Assembly (NCBI GenBank): GCA_964626735.1
Contig: CAZVIJ010000004.1
Span: 1-63,328, forward strand
Source: an uncultured Candidatus Saccharibacteria bacterium
GTDB lineage: Bacteria; Patescibacteriota; Dojkabacteria; JAOAGR01
Direction: 5' to 3'
Length of the DNA stretch: 63,328 nt
Positions 9,419-16,929 of this stretch are shown here, in pieces (the first letter of the stretch is position 1; each line of letters opens with the position of its first letter). The position numbers and the translations under genes are program-made. The notes beneath the pieces are model-generated. The model did not search any database, had not been told where the DNA came from, and saw only the letters and a list, made by a program, of their open reading frames with translations.

Positions 9419-10486
9419 ATGACCGCTCACGAAGTATACGAGGAAGTCGTCAAGCTGCAGGAAAAGCTCGGCATCGAAGAAACACGCAAGGAAGTCGCCG
9501 GATTGGAGAAGGAAACGGAACAAGACGGGTTCTGGAACGATAGCACGCGCGCGCAAGAAATAAGCCAAAAACTTGCAGGCCTCAAGCAAGAACTTGAAAA
9601 TACCGAAAGCCTGCTGTCGAAAGCGAAAGAGCTCAGCGAGCTCGAGGATATGTATGAGGATCTCGATGACGATATGCGTCGGGCTCTTGAGGGTGAAACG
9701 CAGGAACTTACCAGGCACTTCAAGGAAACCGAATTGAAAGTCTTTCTGGCGGGAAAATACGACAAGCGAAACGCTATCCTTTCTATACATGCGGGGCAGG
9801 GGGGCACCGAAGCGTGCGACTGGACCGAAATGCTACTTCGCATGTATACCATGTTCTGCGAGCGGAAAGGCTGGAAGGTTGACATCACCGATCTCGTACG
9901 GGGTACCGAAGCGGGCATTTCGAAAGTGACCGTCGAAATCTCGGGAAACTTCGCGTACGGCTTTCTTAAGAATGAATCGGGTGTACATCGGCTCGTTCGT
10001 ATCTCACCCTTCAATGCGCAAGGATTGCGCCAAACGTCGTTTAGCGGAGTCGAGGTATTGCCGGTTATCGAAAATGATATGGAGGTCGATATAAAGCCAG
10101 ACGATATCATCTTCAGCGCTTCACGATCGGGCGGTGCTGGTGGACAAAACGTCAACAAGGTAAACACGAAGGTTACGCTTGTGCATAAGCCGACGGGAAT
10201 ACAGGTGCAGTGCTCGGTTGAACGCTCCCAGCAGCAAAATAGGGACCGAGCTATGAAAATGCTCCGGGCGAAGCTGTTCCAAATTGAGCTCGATAAGCAG
10301 ATGGCTGAAGAAGCGAAACTTAAAGGAGAACATAAGACATTCGGCTGGGGCAACCAAATACGTAATTACGTCCTGCAGCCGTATAAGCTTGTCAAAGATC
10401 AGAGAACCGATGTCGAGACTTCCGATACCGACGCGGTGCTCAACGGCGATCTTGATGAGTTTATCGAGGCTGAGATTAGGCTCTAA
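9419..10486 (+). CDS. prfB: Peptide chain release factor 2, encoded as a single uninterrupted ORF
   Basis: SPF tripeptide ([15 protein letters not shown]) and GGQ motif ([12 protein letters not shown]). An extended -10, TGCTATAAT, sits at 9401-9409. Confidence 0.92.
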   Translation: MTAHEVYEEVVKLQEKLGIEETRKEVAGLEKETEQDGFWNDSTRAQEISQKLAGLKQELENTESLLSKAKELSELEDMYEDLDDDMRRALEGETQELTRHFKETELKVFLAGKYDKRNAILSIHAGQGGTEACDWTEMLLRMYTMFCERKGWKVDITDLVRGTEAGISKVTVEISGNFAYGFLKNESGVHRLVRISPFNAQGLRQTSFSGVEVLPVIENDMEVDIKPDDIIFSASRSGGAGGQNVNKVNTKVTLVHKPTGIQVQCSVERSQQQNRDRAMKMLRAKLFQIELDKQMAEEAKLKGEHKTFGWGNQIRNYVLQPYKLVKDQRTDVETSDTDAVLNGDLDEFIEAEIRL

Positions 10487-10509
10487 ATTTGTGTATAATC
10501 AATTATTTA

Positions 10510-11565
10510 ATGTCATTTCCCGCGGTTCCAAATGAATCAAAAAGTACTATAGATAAAGCCGGGTCTAGGATCGCCCAAGCGTTCGAGAACGAAAATGATC
10601 TGAAAATTGTAAATGACTGGAGGGCTTGCCATGCATATCCCATCAATACTTTCAGAGCATTATTGAATCAAAGAGTTGCTAGAAAATTTAAAAACGCGAT
10701 TATCGCACAGAGACTAAAAAGGTTACCAACTATTATAGATAAATTACGACGATATCCTGGTATGAGATTAACACAAATGCAGGATATTGGCGGATTGAGA
10801 GTCGTATTGTCTAACCAGAGTGAGGTAAAGAGCCTGGTTAAAATATATGAGAAAAGCAGATTTAGACACGAGCTTATTTCGAAAAAAGATTATATAAGTT
10901 TTCCAAGAGGTGAAGATGGTTACCGTAGCGTACATTTAATCTACCGATATAACGCACCTGGTGAGAATGCTCAACAATATAAAGGATTAACTGTAGAGTT
11001 ACAGATTAGAACAAAAAGACAACACTCGTGGGCGACTGCTGTTGAAACTATGGGAATTGTACTCAAGCAAGCTTTAAAATCGAGGAAGGGCGATAAAGAA
11101 TGGCTTGAGTTTTTCGCACTTGTATCTTCGGCATTCGCTCATATTGAGAAGACAAGTTTAGTCCCAGGTTATGAGCATCTCTCTCGCGCCGAAACTTTTA
11201 CTAGGATATACGAATATGAAAAAAAACTGGGGGTAATTGAAAAGTTACGATCTTATGCATTTCTTGCTGATCATTTAACAACTAACATAAGTAAAAAAAA
11301 GTGGCAATATCACCTTATAACACTTAACCCCGATAAAAGAACATTAAGTATCGAATCTTTTGGCAGAGACGAGCTAGAGAAGGCGACAGAGGCTTATTCA
11401 AAAGCAGAAAAGAAACTTGATGAAGGTGAAAAAGTTGATACTGTTTTAGTATCTGTTGGTCCATTTGAACAACTTAAGCGCGCGTACCCAAACTACTTCC
11501 TTGATGTTAAGGAATTTATCAAATATATAACTCAAATTATAGAAGAAGCACGCCCTAGAGAATAA
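10510..11565 (+). CDS. Stand-alone RelA/SpoT-synthetase-domain protein (nucleotide pyrophosphokinase fold). It is a toxSAS/CapRel-like candidate.
   Basis: MQDIGGLRVV, GYRSVHLIYRY and VELQIRTKRQHSWATAVE form the RSH synthetase core. There is no HD, TGS or ACT domain. A C-terminal extension of about 150 aa ends in AYPNYFLDVKEF. The ATG at 10510 is preferred over the TTG at 10489 because TATAAT lies at 10494-10499. Confidence 0.8.
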   Translation: MSFPAVPNESKSTIDKAGSRIAQAFENENDLKIVNDWRACHAYPINTFRALLNQRVARKFKNAIIAQRLKRLPTIIDKLRRYPGMRLTQMQDIGGLRVVLSNQSEVKSLVKIYEKSRFRHELISKKDYISFPRGEDGYRSVHLIYRYNAPGENAQQYKGLTVELQIRTKRQHSWATAVETMGIVLKQALKSRKGDKEWLEFFALVSSAFAHIEKTSLVPGYEHLSRAETFTRIYEYEKKLGVIEKLRSYAFLADHLTTNISKKKWQYHLITLNPDKRTLSIESFGRDELEKATEAYSKAEKKLDEGEKVDTVLVSVGPFEQLKRAYPNYFLDVKEFIKYITQIIEEARPRE

Positions 11566-11609
11566 CTATATATTTACATCGGACTGCCGGTCTGGTATAA
11601 ACCATCGCT

Positions 11610-12179
11610 ATGCAGGGAATAACGGCAGGAATCCAATTCGAAACAAGGCCAAACGCGGACTTTCTGAGGGAAGTCGCCCACTTCTCAATCAGGAGCGCCC
11701 GCGACGGCATTCTCTTATGGATGTACGATCGTTTCGGCCCACATGGAGAGATTCAACTAACCTTACCATCGGGGATAGGAGATGCGGTCGCGCTTGAGTT
11801 CCGGAATACGAAATTAGCCTACGTGGATTTTTCAAACGGTGGCGAACAGCTTGTCGTTTCGATGTTGGCGTATCCTTGGCATACGTCTGCTACACCGGAA
11901 AGTATCGAACGATGTGGTTTGCAATGGAATTACCGTCAGGTACTTCATTACGTACACGACAAGTCAAACTATGTACCGGGTAGCTTACGGCGATTTGCCT
12001 ATGACGGGATCGGTCGTCAGATAACTCAAGATATTCCCGATTGTTGGATGGAAAACCAACCCAATTTGCTAGATCTACGAGATAGGCTGTTTCCGATAGT
12101 TGCAGAAACATTTTGCTGGGGAGAGAACCTCAAACCATGCGATTTCATGGTTTCGGACAAAGCGTTTGTGGTTAGTTGA
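11610..12179 (+). CDS. Hypothetical protein (orphan)
   Basis: 189-aa ORF. It is visibly GC-richer than the preceding gene. Its composition is Lys-poor and Arg/Trp/His/Cys-containing. Confidence 0.55.
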   Translation: MQGITAGIQFETRPNADFLREVAHFSIRSARDGILLWMYDRFGPHGEIQLTLPSGIGDAVALEFRNTKLAYVDFSNGGEQLVVSMLAYPWHTSATPESIERCGLQWNYRQVLHYVHDKSNYVPGSLRRFAYDGIGRQITQDIPDCWMENQPNLLDLRDRLFPIVAETFCWGENLKPCDFMVSDKAFVVS

Positions 12180-12315
12180 TATCTTTTTCCTTCGCTAAAT
12201 CCGTTACGTCTTGCTTGCGTGATTTCAACTCCTCAACTTTTGAATTGACGTATTGCTGATTTTGAAGCGAATGCCGGCGGGAATTGCTGACAACCTGGAA
12301 AAGAAGGAGGAGTAT

Positions 12316-12346
12316 CAAAAGCGGAATTACAACTTTTCCGCTTTTG
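12316..12346. terminator. Bidirectional intrinsic terminator between convergent genes
   Basis: 11-bp stem CAAAAGCGGAA / TTCCGCTTTTG with a 9-nt loop. The A-tract and T-tract are symmetric, so it could terminate transcription from either direction. Confidence 0.65.
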
Positions 12347-12454
12347 AAAATATAGGTAAGGTACTTTGAACGTTCTTTCGTTTCCTGCAGATTTTTCGGT
12401 ACTTTAATTTCGATAGCACATTATGTACCATTTGCGCTACGAAATAAATACGCA

Positions 12455-13462
12455 TTATTGTTCGTTCGGTCTTGAGAGGTCGAGAACGAGATCTCCGCCG
12501 TCGCCATGGTTACCGTTGTGGTTTACTGCGACAGCCGCTATTTGCTCGCGTATCGTGTGTTTGCGGCTGATTCCGAACATTGAGAATCGATTGAATTGAT
12601 TCGCGATACTGCTTCCCGTCGTTGCCGAGTTCGCAAGAATCATCATGCTGACGAAATCCATAATGCCCTGTCGCAGATCCTCTTCCTTACGGCTTAGGTT
12701 ATCGATTACCCGCGGTTCGTTGAGCCGTGCTTCGTCCGTAATATCCCGGTCGATATCCGCAACAAGCCCCCCGAGATATTGATCGAAGAAGGGTATTCTC
12801 GAGGCAATTGCGTTGACATACGTACCTCCACGCCTCCCGACCATGCCGGGATACTTGCGCTTCATTCTTGTCCATAGCGTTGCCGATTCGCCGACATTAG
12901 ACGCAGTTCGCCACCGAATAGCTTCCCCGTAGAAGAGGGGGAGCTGGCCTCGATATACGAATTCTCCATGAGGTGTCGTAACATGGGTGCCCGCGACAAT
13001 GATACGAAGTACGTTTTCGTCGCAGGTCAGATACGGCTGGTTCCTGTTACCCTTGTTATTGACTCGGAGCCCGTGCCGCTCGATATTGCGAACGAGCGCG
13101 GGGGCAAGAAGTCGAACCGCTGCGAAATAGCTTGTGTAATCGATACCCTCGTCCTTGCTTCTTTCGATGAGCACCGTTGAGAGCAAGCCGGTATTTGCGC
13201 GCATATCGATATGTCGTGGATTTCTATCTGGGAACGCAGCCCGCCTGAAGAGCTCCTCGACATCGGGACCGGTGGCAAGTCCAAGCGAGTCGCCGCAGGT
13301 AGGATCGAGGCTCATATCGGTGGGTGCTTTGTAGAGCCGTCGTTCAAGGGTAAACGTAGTACCTGCCAAAACCTTGGTACCTGAGTCGGCTTGTGGCGTC
13401 AACTCAAGGTCCGGTATATCCATTACGCGAACGATTGCTGCCATACCAGCAGTATAACACAA
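12455..13462 (-). CDS. Hypothetical protein (orphan)
   Basis: 335-aa ORF with GTG at 13462 (an alternative ATG is at 13444). A candidate TTGTCA-N18-CATATA promoter ends 5 nt upstream of the GTG. No recognisable domain. Confidence 0.6.
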   Translation of the reverse strand: MCYTAGMAAIVRVMDIPDLELTPQADSGTKVLAGTTFTLERRLYKAPTDMSLDPTCGDSLGLATGPDVEELFRRAAFPDRNPRHIDMRANTGLLSTVLIERSKDEGIDYTSYFAAVRLLAPALVRNIERHGLRVNNKGNRNQPYLTCDENVLRIIVAGTHVTTPHGEFVYRGQLPLFYGEAIRWRTASNVGESATLWTRMKRKYPGMVGRRGGTYVNAIASRIPFFDQYLGGLVADIDRDITDEARLNEPRVIDNLSRKEEDLRQGIMDFVSMMILANSATTGSSIANQFNRFSMFGISRKHTIREQIAAVAVNHNGNHGDGGDLVLDLSRPNEQ

Positions 13463-13548
13463 CTATATATGAATTCTATGAGGAGATTTTGACAAGTCTA
13501 TAAGCTACGAAGTTGCTTTTATGTCTTATAAAGTTGCATAATTAATTT

Positions 13549-14679
13549 ATGGCATATTTTGCTCCTGCGCTTACTCGACCGATCTGGCAAAACAAGAATC
13601 CGGAACCGTTAACCTTGACGGTATCTCCGGAAAAAAGAATCTTGTTCAATGAAATGCATTTGGGGAGCGTATTGAAGCACCGTGGTTCGTTTTCCGTGTT
13701 GGTGAATAACGACGAAGAATCCGTGGCTATCATGGGAAGTACCTTCCTGCAGGACATTCCGTTCGACAACGCTCACTTCTACTATGACCGGGGCCATCAT
13801 CGAAATTTCAGCTGGTTAAGCGTCATGGGCAAGTTCGAGACCGATACGGTTGCCGATGGTTACGTTAGTAAGCTGGAGCTGTTGAAGACGTCACGGCTTT
13901 CTCTCTATGAGAGAGTTTTGGTTGCCGTGATCGGTAAACTCCACGATGCGGCCGAATTTATAGGGCTTGGTAAAGTGTTGCCCGCTCCGCCGCGTCTACC
14001 AGAGGCGATGGTAAAAGCAATCGGGTACGGGATCAATAAAGGTATTTATAAAGAGAACGGATACTCGCCACTGAGCGGCCTGGATACGCTCGAGCTTTAC
14101 AACCAGCTTTACGAGACGTTCGATATCGAAGGATTTACGCTCGTACCAGTGTACGGTTCGACTCCCGAAGTTCTCGTCACCCAGTTCGTTCATGGCAAAG
14201 GATTTAATCACGTGATGGCCGAATTATTCGATAAACAACCGGATAAAATGATACAGCTCCTGGGTATGCTGAGAGAAGAGTTGTCTCTATTGAGCTCAGA
14301 GGCGCGTAGCGTGCTGGTGAGCTACCTTACAAGGTACGGCTATAGTGAAATCTGCGAAATGAAGCCGATTCTCGAAGACTTTGAAGTGGCACTGTATTCA
14401 GAGAAGGATGACGCTTCAATCGTTTTCGATGTCGATATCATGCCGAAAGAAGAGGGAGTCGAGAGCTATCTCAGTTGGATGGTAGATGAAACGTTTAAGC
14501 CTAAAGTTCTGCTACGACATCTCGAAAAGAGCCGCTTCAAGACCGCATTGAAGTATCTCAAGGAGCATATGGTCTGCATCAGCCCGCTCTCCGGGCTGTC
14601 GTATAAGGGAAATATGCTCGACCATGTCATGCCTTTAGAACGATTCGTGAAAGTTTTTCCGGTGTATGAGGGTTCTTGA
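13549..14679 (+). CDS. Hypothetical protein (orphan)
   Basis: 376-aa ORF, divergent from 12455-13462. CATAAT at 13537-13542 lies 6 nt upstream of the ATG. Confidence 0.6.
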   Translation: MAYFAPALTRPIWQNKNPEPLTLTVSPEKRILFNEMHLGSVLKHRGSFSVLVNNDEESVAIMGSTFLQDIPFDNAHFYYDRGHHRNFSWLSVMGKFETDTVADGYVSKLELLKTSRLSLYERVLVAVIGKLHDAAEFIGLGKVLPAPPRLPEAMVKAIGYGINKGIYKENGYSPLSGLDTLELYNQLYETFDIEGFTLVPVYGSTPEVLVTQFVHGKGFNHVMAELFDKQPDKMIQLLGMLREELSLLSSEARSVLVSYLTRYGYSEICEMKPILEDFEVALYSEKDDASIVFDVDIMPKEEGVESYLSWMVDETFKPKVLLRHLEKSRFKTALKYLKEHMVCISPLSGLSYKGNMLDHVMPLERFVKVFPVYEGS

Positions 14680-15100
14680 TCCTGAATTTCTCGTCGAATT
14701 CGCATCCGAGGAAGATGCATCGTCGGTCGGTAAGAAGAATGCCTTGCGATACCCGCCCGTACTGCAGGGTCTTGAACAGTTTGGCCTTCGCCTGCTTGAT
14801 ATCTTCCTGAAGCGGTCGACGCGTACCCATTTTGGATTCGATTTTGACGTTAACGATTAGCGCAACGGCTGATGTTTTTTTGCCCAGGACCGCAATTTCA
14901 GCTTTACGGCCTTTATCGGAAACGATAAGACCAAGGGGATGATCCAAGAGTATTTTTCCCGGAGCCAGCTTAAAAAGCTTCATGAGTTTCGGGACTAGAT
15001 CGATCTTGAAGTCTTTTATTGATTTGTAATCTTCGTCTTCGACGAGCGCGAGAAAATCTTCTTTGTGGAAGTACAGGATATTATCGAGAATTTTTAGCAT
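14627..15100 (-). CDS. Small hypothetical protein with a possible PD-(D/E)xK / HsdR-N-terminal-like nuclease fold
   Basis: 157 aa. The pattern LIVSDKGRKAEIAVLGKK...ALIVNVKIESK...QAKAKLFKTLQYGRVSQGILLTDRRCIFL resembles the D...(E/N)xK...Q..Y...G(I/L)LT(D/N)G layout of HSDR_N-type domains, as I recall it. Confidence 0.45.
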   Translation of the reverse strand: MLKILDNILYFHKEDFLALVEDEDYKSIKDFKIDLVPKLMKLFKLAPGKILLDHPLGLIVSDKGRKAEIAVLGKKTSAVALIVNVKIESKMGTRRPLQEDIKQAKAKLFKTLQYGRVSQGILLTDRRCIFLGCEFDEKFRIKNPHTPEKLSRIVLKA

Positions 15101-15194
15101 GAGCAGCTAGAAATTTTATAGACTGATCCCGAGTAAGACAATAAACCTATACAAATAGATTATTTAGGAATAATTCTCTAAACTCTGATTCACT

Positions 15195-15836
15195 ATGGGA
15201 GCAAAAATAAGCAATATGGATGGGTTCGGATTGCTCGTATCGGGAGTAATGCTGGTGCTCATGATTTTTTTGGTAGGCGCCGTTCTCCGGTTTGTTCCCG
15301 GGTTCTTTTCAAGCGCATCGAATAATGTAACGAGTATTTCGGACAACTTTTTTGATAAGGCGAAGGGGCTAAAAATAAACCAGTCAGTACTGGGCGAAAA
15401 GTCGGTCAAATTGCCGTTCGATGCGAAAATGCCCAGCGACTCTCTTGAAGGCGAGAAGCTTGTTGAGGTTCGATATGCTTTTAAAGATAAGATTACCCAA
15501 AATAATCCCGATAGCGTTCTCGGCTTCTACCGCAAGGATGGCCAGCCGTTTTACGTAAGTATAGCTACGCAAAAAGAAGAACTAGTCTTTGACAATGTAA
15601 AGGTACTTGAGTCGAAAAAAATCGGCAACCATGACATTGTCGTTGTTTCAACAGCTTTAAAGAATCTGCCGCATAACGGCGATTTCCTCAATCAGCCGGA
15701 GGTAAACTCCGAGCCGACTGACAAGGCCTATTTCTGGCAAGATGGGGATGTTAGGTATTTTCTTGAGGCGTATCGGGGGATAAGCGATGAGCAATTGGGG
15801 AGGCTGCTGGATTCGTATAAGAAGGTGGAGTTGTAA
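15195..15836 (+). CDS. Membrane-anchored hypothetical protein
   Basis: 213 aa with an N-terminal TM segment (GFGLLVSGVMLVLMIFLVGAVLRFVPGFF) and a soluble C-terminal domain. Confidence 0.55.
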   Translation: MGAKISNMDGFGLLVSGVMLVLMIFLVGAVLRFVPGFFSSASNNVTSISDNFFDKAKGLKINQSVLGEKSVKLPFDAKMPSDSLEGEKLVEVRYAFKDKITQNNPDSVLGFYRKDGQPFYVSIATQKEELVFDNVKVLESKKIGNHDIVVVSTALKNLPHNGDFLNQPEVNSEPTDKAYFWQDGDVRYFLEAYRGISDEQLGRLLDSYKKVEL

Positions 15837-15923
15837 AGATATAGGGGGAAGAGTCCCCTAGGCTAAATACCTGTGGTATTTACCCGAGATTAGAATTAAT
15901 TATAAAAAAGTGTGAAATTGATC

Positions 15924-15945
15924 GACATGCCACTTCAGGCATGTC
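15924..15945. terminator. Hairpin directly 3' of the tRNA(CAU) gene (terminator-like)
   Basis: 8-bp stem GACATGCC / GGCATGTC with a 6-nt loop. There is no strong U-tract. Confidence 0.4.
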
Positions 15946-15948
15946 TCT

Positions 15949-16025
15949 TGGTGGCGATAGCGGGACTCGAACCTGCGACCTAAGGGTTATGATTCCTTCG
16001 CTCTAACCAACTGAGCTATATCGCC
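15949..16025 (-). tRNA. tRNA with anticodon CAU (elongator Met or Ile2), with CCA encoded
   Basis: Reverse complement: GGCGATA TA GCTC AGTTGGTTA GAGC G AAGGA ATCATAA CCCTT AGGTC GCAGG TTCGAGT CCCGC TATCGCC A CCA. This folds as a cloverleaf with a G1-C72 pair, so it is not an initiator. There are two A-C mismatches, at 31-39 and 51-63. Confidence 0.8.
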
Positions 16026-16071
16026 ATAAACGTACCAGGTATTTTAATACATAAACGGATTCCGTTCAATT

Positions 16072-16863
16072 TTACAGCCTGCTGGTTGAGCTATCGCTGG
16101 AATTTCGTATCGCGAGGATGACGGCGAGCGGAGATACATGGCCGTTTAGTATTGGATTATGACCTTTGCCGGGAATGCCAAGGGAAGCCCAGGTATGGAG
16201 TTGGTCGGCAGGTATCTTATGATCGGGTCGCAGCTCAACGGTATCATCGTCTTCCTGGTACACGAAATGGTAATTTCGCGGATACGCTTCGGGCTGAGGC
16301 ATGGTTTGGTAAATACCCATGGTAATAAGCATCTGCTCCTGCGTATCTGGGTTGAAAGCAGTAAGATATTCCTTTGCATTCCTTGAAAAAATACGTGGCT
16401 GAGCATAGTGAGCATACAGATGACTCGTTCCGCGCCTGCATACAAGCCGGGGCTTAAACTTCAGCCTGAAGGGGCCTGCTGCCGGATGGGCTGCCACGAC
16501 CATCTGATATCTCAGATCAGGTGCATACAGCGCCATCATCGCAGACAAGGAGTGGGCATATAAGAAATACGGCTTGGGGAAGCTCTGACGTAATGCGGCA
16601 CCATACAGCTCAGAAAAGTATTCTGGGCCAAACGGTAAATTTTGCAGTGCAGCCACGAACGAATAGCCTGCATTGATGATATCGGCTCCAATATAGCGCC
16701 GCGGCTCGGTAAATTCATAGGGAATTACCGATGCGTCTTGGGTATCGAATCCGCCAGCTACAAATACCGTCCCGTTCGACTGCTCTTGCATAAAGCCTTT
16801 AGCCAATTGACGTCCACCGTCACCGGTCAGGATATGCGTATATCTCCATGGCGAGAAATTCAT
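16072..16863 (-). CDS. Hypothetical protein, possibly an alpha/beta-hydrolase fold
   Basis: 263-aa ORF. FLYAHSLSAMMAL resembles a nucleophile elbow (xHSxS), but the match is weak. Confidence 0.5.
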   Translation of the reverse strand: MNFSPWRYTHILTGDGGRQLAKGFMQEQSNGTVFVAGGFDTQDASVIPYEFTEPRRYIGADIINAGYSFVAALQNLPFGPEYFSELYGAALRQSFPKPYFLYAHSLSAMMALYAPDLRYQMVVAAHPAAGPFRLKFKPRLVCRRGTSHLYAHYAQPRIFSRNAKEYLTAFNPDTQEQMLITMGIYQTMPQPEAYPRNYHFVYQEDDDTVELRPDHKIPADQLHTWASLGIPGKGHNPILNGHVSPLAVILAIRNSSDSSTSRL

Positions 16864-16929
16864 ATAAGATTATACCATGGGCTTGACCCAGGTTGTTTAT
16901 AGAAAGGGCTCTATACCATATAATCGTCC

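Noticed and set aside
9419-10486. Programmed +1 frameshift in prfB
   Set aside because: RF2 is encoded here as one uninterrupted 355-aa ORF from the ATG at 9419. The region equivalent to the E. coli CUU-UGA-C site is absent, and no in-frame early TGA is present.
12172-12420. Possible small minus-strand ORF (...KYLTYIFKSGKVVIPLLILLLLFQVVSNSRRHSLQNQQYVNSKVEELKSRKQDVTDLAKEKDIN) in the 275-bp gap
   Set aside because: There is no ATG or GTG in frame after the upstream stop. The putative TM-coding part coincides with the 11-bp-stem bidirectional terminator at 12316-12346. It is more economically explained as a terminator and UTR.
15842-15881. Two further hairpins (TAGGGG-N7-CCCCTA at 15842-15860 and AAATACC-TGT-GGTATTT at 15865-15881) as a possible structured ncRNA downstream of 15195-15836
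   Set aside because: The stems are short (6-7 bp), they lack flanking conservation that I can assess, and they sit where 3'-UTR or terminator structures are expected. The evidence is insufficient to call an RNA gene.
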